A stretch of DNA of 64,000 bases, taken from positions 140,990,001 to 141,054,000 of the forward strand of contig CM059431.1 of assembly GCA_030390025.1 (NCBI GenBank), given 5' to 3'. The position numbers and the translations under genes were made by a program. Positions 38,653 through 51,420 of this stretch are shown piece after piece. Source of the DNA: Squalus acanthias. Its lineage: Eukaryota. Below the pieces are notes generated by a model. The model was not told where the DNA came from. It saw only the letters and a list, made by a program, of their open reading frames with translations, and did no database searches. Numbering within the stretch: the stretch's first letter is position 1; each line of letters begins with the position of its first letter.

Positions 38653-40169
38653 ATATCCACTTTCTACCAAGGCTGCTAAGTTTCCTGTTATACCAAACGG
38701 CTCACACCTCCTGTGAGCCACATTATCAAGCAGCTTCTGAAAACCCATATACACCGCACGTGCAACATTCCATCAAACCAATTGTCACTTCTTAAAAACA
38801 TTGTGTAAATTTCTCAAACAAGACTTGTCTACAGCTAATCCGTTCCATCCTCCCCTCATCATCCCCTTAACGTTAACCTTTCAGCCTCAAATTACGATTC
38901 GAGGAGTCTGCCCAGAACAGCTGTAGACTTATTGGTTTGTTACCAGATTTATCCTGTCTCCTGCATTCTTGAACAGAGGCGTTACTTGGGCTGATTCAGT
39001 GCTCAAGCATATTGTTTATATCTAAAGAAGATTGAATAATTGTGGTCAGAGTCTCTCCTATCTCCTCTATAACTTCCTTTAACAGCATGGTGTGCGTTAT
39101 AACTGGTTTGAGTGACTTATCCACCATGGCTATTTTTTCAGATCAAAATCCTTCTCTACAGCTAACTCCAATTGTGGTCCCACATCCTCCTCCAGTACAC
39201 CGACATTCTCACTACCAGGATGAACGTTTTGAAACGAAAGAATCTGTATTATATCTCCTCAAATCTTCATCCTCTCCCTTCATCCCGAGTCAAACATTAT
39301 TTTTTTATAAACCATTACTTTTTATTTTATCTGCTTGCTTTGTTGCATATTCTATTTTAACCCCCGCCCTATCTCCCTTTTCAACTTCCTACATGTTTTA
39401 CATTTCTCATGATTTCATGGAATATTGAGTGCTCTGGTCCTATTTTGGGACAGATACAAACCCGTTAGTAATACAGCCACCCACAAGCATTTTTTCTCTC
39501 TAGTGAAAATGCTCTAGTAAGGAAAATGTCGCTCCGAGTCCTTCACACATGGTTACTAGGCCCGATCACTCGTGCTTTAAACTTTCACGTTTGTTTCGAA
39601 TGATTTTTGCTTTCACAAAAGAAACATACAAGCGATGTTTTTTTTTTAAATGCGCACTTTCTCTTACTTTATTTTAAAGCAAATATAGGGACTTTAAAGC
39701 CCACCACTTCAAAATCTTCCACTTTTTCCTGCAAAATGTTTTCACTATTTTATAAGCCTTCTGTTTCAGCTCCAACAATATTATTAATTCCGCTCTCTAG
39801 TCTCAGATCCGGATAGTTCACACCCTCCATTAATATTAACTGCTAGCCTCTCACTGCTCCATTCACCTTTTCTGTAAAATCATTGTTGTTGGTCAGTTCA
39901 GATCGCGCCCGTCCCTTCCCTTCTCCCCGAACTCACACTAGTGCCCCAAGAACGTGAACCCTTCCCTCCTGCTCCAGCCCTGCCGCCGCACATTGACCAG
40001 CCTCATATTTCACTCATTAAACGGCCCAGTGCAAAACAATACGGGGAGCGTGATGCCTTGTTTTTCAATCTATTGACTGACTTTAAATTCCCTCAATATA
40101 GCCTCAAACCATGGGTGCATCCGAGACCCAACTATCTCCCGCTGCTTCAACAACGACCTTTAATCCATC

Positions 40170-41090
40170 ATAAGCTCAGACGTGGCGTTGCTCGCTGATG
40201 ATTACACTGTGTTCGGCTCCATTCGCAATTCCTCAGATAATAAAGCAGTCCATGCCCGCATGCAGCAAGACCTGGTTAACATTGGGATTTGGGCTGATAT
40301 GTGGCAAATAATATTTCCGCCACACAAGTGTCAGGCAATGACCATCTCCAACAAGACAGAGCATAACGACCTCTCGTTGACAGATAATGGCATTACCATC
40401 GCAAAGTCCACCACATTAAAATCCTGGGGGGTTACAGTTAACCAGAAATAGAACTGGCCCAGCCACATAAGTGCCCTGTCCACTGGAGCAGGTTAGGGCC
40501 TGGTTAATGTTGTGCGAGTGGCTCACCTCCAGATTCCCCAAAGCCTCTCCACCACCTAGAAGGCAAAAGTCAGGTGTGTGATGGAATACTCTCTATCTGC
40601 CTGGATGAGTACAGTTGCAACAACACTTAAGAAGCTTGACATCAAACAAGACAAATCAGTCTGCTTGATCGACACGGCATCCATTGGGTCAAATAATCAC
40701 TCCCTCCACCATTGACGTACCGTGGCTACAATGTGTTGTCTACAGGATGCACTGCAGCAACTCGCCATGACGTCTTCGAAAGCGCCTCCCAAACCCACGA
40801 TAACCACCACCTAGAAGGACAAGGGTAGCTGATGCATGGGAGCACCACCACCTGCAAGTTCCCCTTCAAACCACAGACCATCCTAACTGTGAAATACATC
40901 GCCCCTCCTTCATTGTCACTATGACAAAACCTTGGAACACCCTACCTAACAGCACTGAGGGATCACCTTCACCACGTGGTCTGCAGTGCTTCAGGAAGGT
41001 GATCCAACATCACCTATTCAAGGGCCAGTAGGGATTGACAATAAATTCTGGCCCAGCCAGCGACACACACGTCCCGAAAATGATTTAGAA
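40170..41090 (+). mobile_element. CR1-clade LINE 3' fragment of a different family (probable SINE partner)
   Basis: LADDYTVF..MQQDL..WADMWQIIFPPHKCQAM (ORF 40182..40451); its tail is shared with the SINE. Confidence 0.75.
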
Positions 41091-41576
41091 AACCTATTTT
41101 TCTTCTTGGTTTTAATCGTGAATACTTTCTGCTCTCCTTGTCTTTCAAGAATAGGTCTCATCCGTTCCAATATATTCTTCCCTTTGACACCTGAAGTAGC
41201 CTATTCCGCTATATATAGAATCAGACACCATATCGTTCTCCTATTCCTGTGGGAAACTACTCTCAAACGCCAGCCCCCAACGCTCGGGGTGGCCTTCTGC
41301 TCCTTGGTATCACATTGCTGCTCAAAAAGACCCGCCTCTGAGTTATTCTCTCTATCCACATTACAGTCCCCAATACCAGGCATCTATTGAACAGTTCCAG
41401 TACTCAGGGCCTCCCTCCACCTGTGACTGCGATGCCCCTCAGATGATCACTCACTTCTCTCTTTCTACTCTGTCCCTGTCCTGTTCCCTCTTCCTGTGAG
41501 AGCTGCAGGTTCATGCACGAGATCTGGAACATTTGTCGGGACAGACATTATATTTTAAAGTATTTTGTGATCCTAC

Positions 41577-41672
41577 CTGTGTCCATTCTCATTCTTGTTG
41601 AAGATGTTGGATCCTCTTCTCTGTTTGGACCTTCAGCCATGGTGGTGACTGGAGTTGCCAGATTCTGATCGT
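41577..41672 (-). CDS. NLR gene, exon containing the probable start codon (ATG at 41640; MAEGPNREEDPTSSTRMRMDT)
   Basis: Strong Kozak context CACCATGG. Donor ACAG|gtagga is phase 1, matching the exon at 33504. Acceptor ttattacag|AC at 41672. The whole 96-bp exon is open in the same frame. Not in the ORF track. Confidence 0.78.
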
Positions 41673-41689
41673 CTGTAATAAATATAATA

Positions 41690-42180
41690 TTAATCATAGA
41701 TTCATAGACGTTTACGGCACAGTAAGAAGGTCATTCGACCCATCGTGTCCATGCCGGCAGAAAAAGAGCTATCCATTCTAATCCCAAATTCCAGCACTTG
41801 GTCCATAGCCTTGCAGGTTACGGCACTTCAGTGGCATAAAAAAGTATATTTTAAATGCAATGAGGATTTTAGCCTTTTCCACCCTTTCAGGCAGTGAGCT
41901 CCAGACCCCCTCCACCCTCTGGGTGCAAACATTTCACCTCAAATCCGCTATAATCCTTCGAGCAAATACTTTAAATATAAGCCCCTTGGTTTTTGACCTC
42001 TCTGCTGAGGAAATAGGTCATTCCTACCCTCTCTATCTCGGCCCCAATTAATTTATACTCCTCAATTACATCTCCCCTCAGCCTCCTCTATTCCAAAGAA
42101 AACAACCACAGACTATCCAACCTTTCCTGATAGCTAAAATTCCCCAGTCCTGGCAACATCCTCATAAATCTCCTCTGTGA
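41690..42180 (-). mobile_element. CR1-type 3' fragment
   Basis: Similar to 36295-36790. Confidence 0.8.
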
Positions 42181-43002
42181 CAGGAGATTATCATTGGATC
42201 CATACAAAAGATCTGTAATTGAAGGATGAGAGGGTAATATTAAAATGAGAAGGAGAACGTTGCCTTGTTAAAAATAATATAAAGTCCCTCCTCCCCCATC
42301 AGTACAACAGCTGTTAGCTCTGGGATCGAGCAATTCCCGAGTATTACGATCAACTCTCCACATCAGGTTTGACACAGACAGCTGCCCAGTGAAATCCACT
42401 GAGTCCCGCTGATCTCCACAACCGAGTTCCAGACGGGATCCCGTCGGCCGAGACTCCGCACTGGGAGCGCCCATTGGTGAGATTTACTCACACAGTGCAG
42501 TCCAAAACCAGCCTTATTCCTGAGATAGAGAATATTCTGCAGGGAAATATGGAGCCGGGTGATCATTGATGGATTAAATAATCCTTTACTAGCTTTTACG
42601 CAGTCTGACGCTGTTGTATTATTATTATTCACAAATTTCTGTTGAATGTTTTCCATTTGTTAAGTTTAATTATTCTGCTAATTTATTAATATAATATTGA
42701 TCAACATTCACAATGTGGATGTGATTCCTCTGGTCTCTATGGGCAGTGACATTGTCCGTGTGTTCATGGAAATGTGTCCTGGTTGGTGTTTCTATTTGAA
42801 TATATTGACCTTATCTCTCATGGTGTCAGCACCTGACGAATTCGCACTGTAGGAAGTGAGGACATTTACTGCTGTTCCACTAATATTAACACTAATGTAG
42901 AATGTTATGAATCATTTAACTTTAATCAGTGAGGTGATGCACAGCATTCATGTTTGGAATATATTTAGGGGCCTTACAATCTCAGAAAACACCATACATA
43001 TA

Positions 43003-43250
43003 TGCAAAAGCCAAATACTGCGGATGCTGGAAATCTGAAATACAAACAGAAAATGCTGGAAATACTCAGCAGTTCAGGTAGCATCTGTGGCGAGAGGAAC
43101 AGAGCTTCAGGTTTCAGGTCGATGACCTTTCGTCAGATCTGGAAAACGTTAGAGATGTAACAGATTTTTAGCAAGCGCAGGGGCAGGGAAAGGGGGGAGG
43201 GGAGGAAAAAAATGAAGTTCTGTGATAAGATGGAAGGAAGGAGAGATTAA
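43003..43250 (-). mobile_element. Solo Penelope terminal-repeat fragment
   Basis: Matches 33530-33745 and 5095-5310; absent from the 63.6-64 kb paralog. Confidence 0.85.
43105..43140 (-). ncRNA. Hammerhead motif with intact core and helix II but degenerate helix III and cleavage site
   Basis: Reverse complement AGAT-CTGACGA-a-AGGTC-atc-GACCT-GAAA-CCTGAAG. Confidence 0.5.
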
Positions 43251-43569
43251 CGTGCGTCCAATCAAACTCTCAGTCAGCGTCCTTTCCTTTCCCCACTGTG
43301 GAAATCTGAAAGCGATTCAGTCTCGGATCAGTAACTTCTCCAAACATTAGTTAACGTTATTCTCCGGCATTAATTTATAACCAAGTTTGAGAACTTCTAC
43401 AATTCAGTTTTCTGCTGTTTCACTCGCGCTAACACTGGTATAAAAAAAACACAACAGCAACTACAGTACAGTAGGGAAACAAACTGAATACAGTGTACTG
43501 AGTACTGAATGCAACTGAGAGGAGAACTGAAAAATGAAATAACCGTGCAAGGAAAATGCATGAGAAAAG

Positions 43570-45250
43570 ATTAGCGGTATCATTGGCTAAGGGCCAGAAA
43601 GCGGAGTAGTGGTAAAGGGGAGTTTTTCATACTGGAAGGAAAGATACATTGGTGTCCCCCAGGGTCGGTATCAGGACCACTGCAGTTTATGATCTATATT
43701 AATGAACTGGACTTGAGTGTACGGGGCATAATTTCAAAGCTTGCTGATGATAGGAATCTCGGAAAGGTGATGAGAATAGTAGCAGACTTCAGGAGGTCAT
43801 AGGCTGACTGGTGAAATGGGAAGGCACATGGCAGATGTAATTGAATAGAGAGAAGTGAGAAGTGATGCAGTTTGGAAAGAAAAATTAGGAGAGGCAATAC
43901 AAAATGAATTGGTTGGACAAGTTGATCAGGCGTACGGGATCCTTGCCATTATAAATAGAGGCATAGGAATATAAGAACAGGAGGAAGTCTTTCAGCCCCT
44001 CGAGCATGTTCCGCTACTCAATTATATCGTGGCCAATCTGTATTTTAAACCAATTTACCCACCTTGGTCCCTTAACCCTTAATACCCTTGCCTAACAAAA
44101 CAAAATAAATCTTAGTTTGAAAATTGTCAATTGACCCCCTGCCTCCACAGCTTTTTAGACTGAGAGTTTATATTTTTCGTATACTTTGTGTGAAGGAGTG
44201 TTTTCTGCAATAGCTCCTTACCGGCCCAGCTCTTTTTAAGTCTATGCCCCCTTAGTCTGGACTCACCCACCAGCTGAAATAGGTTTCTGTTCCACTAATG
44301 TAATCCTTTCAAATTCGGTATAATTCTGGCGAATCAGTGTTGGACCACTTCAAGGTCAATGTATACTTCCTGAGGTGTGGAGCCCAGAACTGAACACAGT
44401 TCTCTAAATGGAGTCTAACCAGAGCGCTGTACAGTTCTAAAACAAGTTCCACCTCTTTTTATTCCAGCTTTCTTGAGATAAAGACCAACATTCTAGTAGC
44501 ATTTTAAATAGTATTTTTCACATGTCCACTAGCTTTTCGCGATTTCCGTACCTGGAATCCCGAATCTCTCTGCTCTTCCACAGTTTCTAACTTCTCACCA
44601 TTTAGAAAATACACTGATCTATCGTTCTAAGTTCAACATTGAATGACCTCACACTTCCCCACATTGAACTTTATCTGCTATAGCTTTTCCCATAGAGTGC
44701 AAAGCAGAAGGAGTTATGCTGAACCTTTTTAAATGACAGGTTAGGCCTCAGCTGGAGAAATGTGTTCAATTCCGGGCACCGCACTTTGGCAAGGACGTCA
44801 AGGCTTTGGAGATTTACTAGAATGGTAGCAGGGATGAGGGATTTCAGTTACGTGGAGAGAACAAAGTAGATGGGATTATTCTCCTTGGAGAAGTGAAGTT
44901 TAAGGATAGTTTTAATAGACGCGTTCAAAATCATGAACGTTTTTTGATGTGCAAATAAGGAGAAATTGTTTCCACTGGCGGAAGGGTCAGTAGCGAGAGG
45001 TCACATATTTAAGGTAATTGGTAAATGAGCCAGAGGTGCGATGAGTAGATTTTTTTTCACAGCCATTGAGTTATTATGATTGGGAAGGCACTGCCAGAAA
45101 GGGTGTTGGAAACAGATACAGTAGTAACTTTTAAAAGGGCTATGGGGAAAGAGCAGACGAGTGGGATTAATTGGATTGTTGTTTCAAAGAGCCGGCACAG
45201 CCACGATGTTACAAATCGGCTCCTTATATGCTGTATGCTTCTATGATTTT
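43570..45250 (+). mobile_element. Degenerate CR1 3' region containing an antisense CR1 fragment (about 43968-44690)
   Basis: GGTGTCCCCCAGGG, TTGCTGATGATA. The flanks AATAGAGGCATAG|...|CATAGAGTGCAAAG rejoin. Confidence 0.75.
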
Positions 45251-45539
45251 ATCATATCGACCTCTAGCTCTTTGTTCCTAAGGCGTGTCATATCCGAGAA
45301 AAACATTTGAATAATATTTACAGCAGCAGAGCTTTAGCCTATGAGATTGCATTTGGGAGTTGTGGTCTACTAAATTACATAACTGCCAGTAAGGTAATTT
45401 CTGAAAATAAACAATATTTTCTGAGCTGAACCATTATTTATACGTCAAATGATCAATATATTTGAGCTACTATGTTATTAAACGCCGATTTCGCTACATT
45501 AAAACACTATAATTGTGCTCAGTATTTTCCGGTCCTTAC

Positions 45540-45551
45540 CTTGTGCTGCGG
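45540..45551 (-). pseudogene. Truncated copy of the 60-bp micro-exon (only the 3' end and donor remain)
   Basis: TCGCTACATT..ACTATAATTGTGCTCAGTAT..CCTTACCTTGTGCTGCGG matches 55284-55345, then switches abruptly to LINE-like sequence. Confidence 0.7.
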
Positions 45552-48500
45552 CTCGCAACAGAGTGTAAAGCTGCGAGCTTGGAGAGTGAGGGAGTGAATC
45601 TTAAAGTTTATTTTTTGTTTAAATTCTACTCTTGTGCGCTTGCAATTAGCATTTAAGTTAAATTTAAATTTACTGTTTCAAGTTTTAAGTTTCTTCCAGG
45701 CTTGGGCAGGGCTAAGCAAGCTCTGTGCTGGAGAGCAGGTGAGAGTAATTAATTTATTAACTTGTCTAATCTGGTTCTGTAACTGCCAGACAGCTCACTT
45801 ATTAAATTTCAAAAATCTAAATAAGGGAGGCGAGAGTGCAGCTTGTCACAGAGTGCAGCTCGGAACTGAGTGTAAAGCTGCAAGTTTCTGAGTGAGGGAA
45901 TTCGGGGAGGGAGGTGTTCCTTTCTTTTTCTACCTTTGTCAGCTTCCAGGAGAGCAGGAGTTAAAAAGCTGCACAAGTGGGGATAGAGAACTAGTAGGAG
46001 TTCGGCTCTGTGACAGCCCCCAACCACATTTGGAGAAAATTATAAGGTGACATCACAGGGAAAAGGGTAAGTGATTGGTTGGTGAGTATTTTGCTCACTT
46101 CCCTTATCTTTTAAATCGCAGGAAATTTATTAGTAATTGTAAGGTTTCATTAGTACTAGTTTACTAGCAGTAATAAATCTTATTAGGTGTATAATTACTC
46201 TTATACACTAATCTCTTTGTAACAAAAGCTAAAATACTGCTTGCTTTCCAAATTGCTTGCTGTACCTGCATGTTAAATTTCTGCGATACATGTGCAAGTG
46301 CACCCAGGTCCCTCTGAATGCAAACATTTCCCATTCACTCGCCATTCAAAAATATTCTGCGTTTTTGTTTTTCCTAGTAAAGTGGATAACTTCACACTTC
46401 CACACATTGTATTAAATTTCCATGTTCTTGCCCACTCAGCCAACCTGTCTATATTTATCTGCAGCCTCTTTGTGTCGTCCACACAGCTTACTTTTCCACC
46501 TAACTTTGTATCATCAACAAACTTGGATACGTTACACTCAGTCCCTCATCTAAGTCATAAATATAGATTATAAGTTGCTGAGACCCAAGCACTGATCCTT
46601 GCGGTACCCCGCTAGTTACAGCCTGCCAACCCGAAACATCCTGTTTATTCCTGCTCTCTGTTTTCTGTCCATTAACCAATCCTCAATCTTTACTAATGTA
46701 TTACCCCGAATCCCATGCGTCCTAATTTTGTGTAATAACCTCTTGAGTGGCACCTTTCAATCTAAACAGAGGAAACTACATGGGTATGAGGGACAAGTTG
46801 GCCATGGTAGATTGGGAGACTAAACTAAAAGGTATGAAGGTGGTCATACAGTGGCTAACATTCAAGGAAATAATGCATAATTTGCAGCAAACATATATTC
46901 CTCTAGGGCATAAAAACCCAAAAGGAAAAATCATCCAAACATGGCTAACAAAAGAAATTAAAGCTAGTATTAACTCAAAGGAGGAAGCTTATAAAGTTGC
47001 CGAAAAAGCGGTCAGCCTGAGGATTGGGATATTTTTAGAAATCAGCAAAGGGGAACCAAGAAATTGATAAAGAAAGAGAAAATGAAATATGAGCACAAAC
47101 TAGCGAAAAATATAAAAACTGATTGTAAAAGCTTCTATAGGTATGTGAAAAGGGAAAGATTGGCTAAGGTAAATGTAAGTCCTTTACAGTCAGAGACGGG
47201 AGAATTTATAACGGGGAATGAGGAAATGGCCGAGATTTTAAATAAATACTTTGTTTCTGCCTTCACGGAGGAAGACACAAAAAACCTCCCAGAAATACGA
47301 GAAAACCAAGGGTGTGAAGAGAATGAGGAACTTAAAGAAATTATTATTAGTAAAAAAACAGTACTAGCAAAATTAATGGGCTAAAAGTCGACAAATCCCA
47401 AGCACCGGATGACCTGCATCCTAGGGTTTTGAAAGAGGTGGCCATTGGAATAGTGGACGCATTGGTTGTCATCTTCCAAAATTCTATAGATTCTGGAAGG
47501 TTTATGCAGATTGGAGGATAGCAAATGTAACACCGCTATTTAAGAAAGGAGGGAGAGAGAAAACTGGGAACTACAGACCTGTTAGCCTCACATCAGTAGT
47601 TGGGAAAATGCTGGAATCTATTACAAAGGATGCAATAACTGGGCACTTAGAAACCAATAGTAAGATTGGGCAGAGTCAACATGGATTTATGAAAGGGAAA
47701 TCCTGTTTGTCAAACCTATTGGACCTCTTTGAGGATGTAGCTAGTGGAGTAGACAAAGGGGAACCGGTAGATGTGGTATATCTTGATTTTCAGAAGGCCT
47801 TCGATAAGGTCCCACACAAGAGGTTGGTGAACAAAAGTAGGGCACATGGAATTGGGGGTAATACATTAGCATGGATTGATAATTGGTTAACAGACAGCAA
47901 ACAAAGAGTAGGGATAAACGGGTCTTTCTCAGGATGGCAGGCTGTGACTAGTAGGGTACTGCAAGCATCGGTGCTTGGGCCCCAGCTATTCACAATCTAT
48001 ATCAATGATTTGGATGAGGGGACTAAATGTAACATTTCCAAATTTGCTGATGATACAAAGCTAGGTGGCAGTGTCAGTTGCGAAGTGGATGTGAAGACGT
48101 TTCAAGGGGATCTCGACAGACTCATTGAGTGGAGGAGAACATGGCAGATGGAATATCATGTGGATAAATGTGAAGTTATCCACTTTGTTTGAAAAAACAG
48201 AAAGGCAGAGTATTTCCTAAATGGTGAAAGATTGGGGAATGCAGAAGCTCAAAGGGACCTGGGTGTCCTTGTACATGCGTCACTGAAAATGAATGTGCAG
48301 GGGCAGCAAGCCATTAGGAAGGCAAATGGTATGCTGGCCTTCATTACAAGAGGATTTGAGAACAGGAGTAAAGAAGTCCTTCTCCAAATATTTCTGGCCT
48401 TGGTGAGACCACACCTGGATAACTGTGTACAATTTTGGTCTCCTTACTTAAGCAAGGATATACTTGCCATAGAGGAGTGCAACGAAGGTTCACGGGATTG

Positions 48501-49790
48501 ATTCCTGGTATGGCGGACTGTCGTATGAGAAGAGATTGAAATTAGGCCTGTATTCTCTTGAATTCAGAAGAATGGGAGGGGATCTCATTGAAGCATACAA
48601 AATGATTACAGGGCTTGATAGGATGGATGCTGGGAGAATGTTTCCCTTCGCTGGGGTGTCTAGAACCAGCGGCCACAGCCTCAAGATAAAGTGTAGCCAT
48701 TCAGGACTGAGATGAGAAGAAATGTATTCACACAGAGGGTAGTGAATCTTTGGAATTCTCTACCCCAGAGGGCTGTGGAGGCTCCGTCATTGGGTATATT
48801 AAAAACTGAAGTCGATAGATTTCTGACTAGTAAGGGCAGCAAGGGATATGGCGATAGGGCCGGTGAATGGAATTGAGGCAGAAGATCAGCCATGATCTCA
48901 TTGAATGGCGGAGCATGCTCGAAGGGCTGAATGGCCTACTCCTGCTCCTATTTCTTATATTCTTAGGTTCTTATCGAATGCTTTCTGAAAATCTGAATAC
49001 ACTACACCCACTGCTTCCCCCTTGTCTATCCTACTAATTACATCTTAAAAAAACTCTAACAGATTTGTCAAACACGATTTCCATTACATAAAGCCCCTTC
49101 CCCCTTTACCTTAGCAGAAGGATCAATAACCAGCGGGCATAGATTTAAAGTAATTGGTAAAAGGTTTAGAGGGGAAAATTATTTACCATGATGGTGTTGG
49201 GAGTCTGGAACTCACTGCCTGAAAGGTTGGTCGAGGCAGAAACCCTCACCAGTTTCAAAAGTGCTTGGATGTACACTTGAAGTGCCGTAACCTACAGGGC
49301 TACGGAGCAAGAGCTGGAAAGTGGGATTAGGCTGGATAGCTCTTTGTCGGCCGGCGTGGACACGATGGGCCGAATGCCCTCCTTCCGTGCTGTAACGTTC
49401 TATGATTCTATGAATACCATGTTGACTCGGAATAATCAGATTACGATTTTCTAAGTGCCCTTTTACCACGTCCCTAATAATAGATTCTATCATTTTGCCT
49501 ACTAGTGATATCAGACTAAATGGCCTGTAGTTTCCCGTTTTTTCTCATCCTCTTTTCTTAAACAGCGGGGTTATGTTTGCTATCTTCAAGTACTTGGGGA
49601 CTGTTCTAGAATATAGAGCATTCTGGGAGATTAATGCCAGTGCATCCATTATCTCTGCAGCTACCGCTTTTAAAATCTGAGGATGCAAGTTTTCTCCAGT
49701 ACTAATATCTCCAGTACTATGTCATTACTTATACTGATTTATTTATGTTCCTCATTTTCTCTAGATCCTTGGTTCCCCATTATTTCTGGA
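45552..49790. mobile_element. Nested CR1 cluster: 5' UTR-like piece (45552-46230), minus-strand CR1 (46235-46755 + 48975-49790) split by a plus-strand CR1 (46756-48974) and a CR1 tail (49100-49415)
   Basis: RT ORF 47608..48192 (YLDFQKAFDKVPH, KFADDT). The host flanks GTGGCACCTT|..|TTATCGAATGC rejoin. Confidence 0.85.
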
Positions 49791-50327
49791 CTCATCAATA
49801 GCGCCATCAAGGAACATTCACTCATGAATAAACTTTTCAACCAGGCTCGGTTCGGGTGGTGCATGAAATCCTCGGATCCAGAAAGTTGAATGCTAGAGAA
49901 GTGGTGCCAGTATCTCCCCTCGACAACAAGGCACCATTTGACTTTTGTTTGGCACCAAGGAGTCCGAGCATCCTGAGGTCACTGTGGGTCAAAGGGTAAA
50001 GCTCCCGTGGCTGGAAACTTTGGATTTCGGTGCTGGTCATGCTAACTATTTTATGTTGAAAATTCTCGATCTTTAACTGTTTGTTTATATTCGTATCTTA
50101 AACGGGAAATATATTTTAACGTGGGAGTTTCCATTTTGAGGTTTTATTCTGTTAAATTGCTCGTCTTCCGGTCAATTTATTTTTAGGAAAAAAATCCATT
50201 CTTACCAGATCCAACATGGATATTATAGCATTTCAGTACAATTGAACTACTACACAGATACACGGCGACGAGTCCATTCCGGTACATTAAAGAACTATAT
50301 TGGTGCTCAATTTATTCTGGTCCGTAC

Positions 50328-50387
50328 CTTCTGCTGCTGCTCCTGATTCCGCTCCCTGAGAGTCCGGGTAACTTAACGTTGTTTGTT
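50328..50387 (-). CDS. Candidate 60-bp micro-exon (EQTTLSYPDSQGAESGAAAE)
   Basis: ttaacctgcag|AA ... GAAG|gtacgg; phase 1-1, open; paralogous to 55334-55393. Confidence 0.55.
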
Positions 50388-51189
50388 CTGCAGGTTAATA
50401 AAGACACCCTGTGTAAAGAACAACTGCACATCACAGTCATAAACATCACATTCAGCCTGATCAGTACAATCCCTCCCTGTACTTTTCTCTGGTGCCGGAC
50501 TGGATCTGATTCACACCCGGTTTCATTCACATTGAATTGTTCTGATGAATTACTGATCTTTTAAACAAAGCCATTAAATATAACTGCGGCAACAGTTTCT
50601 AAATTTCCCCCAGTTCTTTCATCTGTGTTTCAAAAGACCCAAAGTGAAACCGGGTTCTGTAGCCGGAATCTGATCGGTGTCTTTTTTCTGATTTCGTTGC
50701 TCAGCACAAAATGTCTTCCCACCTCTTCCATTCCTAATGTTTTTTCACCCCTCCAATCCCCACCTGCTGCTATCCTAATTCACTGCTTTGCCTTCCTTAC
50801 CTCCTGCACGTATCCTGATTCAGACCATGCATCCGTTCACCCTCATGCAGTATATCTGATTCTGCCTGTCATTCCGTTCCCACCTCTTCCATGCCTGATT
50901 ACCGTCCCTGTTTCCCTCTCCATCCTCTTGTATGTCTGATTTCCCATCTATCAGAAATATACATCGAAACTGTTTGAAGTACACTGAATACGAGCATAAT
51001 CACACAGTCCATCTGATATTATCTGTACCGAATGCAGTTACCGACTGAAAAAAATATTCCTAAATTCCAGGCCAGCAGCCGCCCAATATTTCTCGTCAAT
51101 ATCCGCTCCTTTTTTCTCTCAGATGTTCATATTGAAAATGGCCCATTGTTTTTCACTCGACTCGCTTGTTGTGATCTGCCATCTCTCGC

Positions 51190-51420
51190 TGCCCCACATA
51201 GGTCCTGGTTGACCTTTTGAACCGCTGCATTCCTTGTGGTGATGATGCTCCTAGAATTGTGCTCGGAAGGCAATTGCAGGATCTTGACCCAACAACGATG
51301 AAGGAATCATGATCTGTGCCCAAGTCAGGCTGGACGGTGAACTTCAGTGGATATTGAAGCACCGGTATCTGAGGACGTTGCTGCTCTTAGCCTTACCAGT
51401 GGTAGGGAGAGCAGGTCTAA
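51190..51420 (-). mobile_element. 3' fragment of the LINE family at 40170-41090
   Basis: The reverse complement resembles 40860-41010. Confidence 0.5.

Larger units (their letters stand above)
42815..43418 (+). repeat. Duplicated non-coding segment, paralog of 63565-64000
   Basis: Shared ATGGTGT(C/T)AGCACCTGAC..GCACTGTAGGA..GAGGACATTTA and CTCTCAGTCAGCGTCCTTTCCTTTCCCCACTGTGGAAAT..AATTCAGTTTTCTGCTGT. Confidence 0.9.

Noticed and set aside
25268..41576. Two consecutive introns of almost equal length (8070 and 8072 bp) suggesting a duplication
   Set aside because: Their contents are different sets of elements; treated as coincidence.
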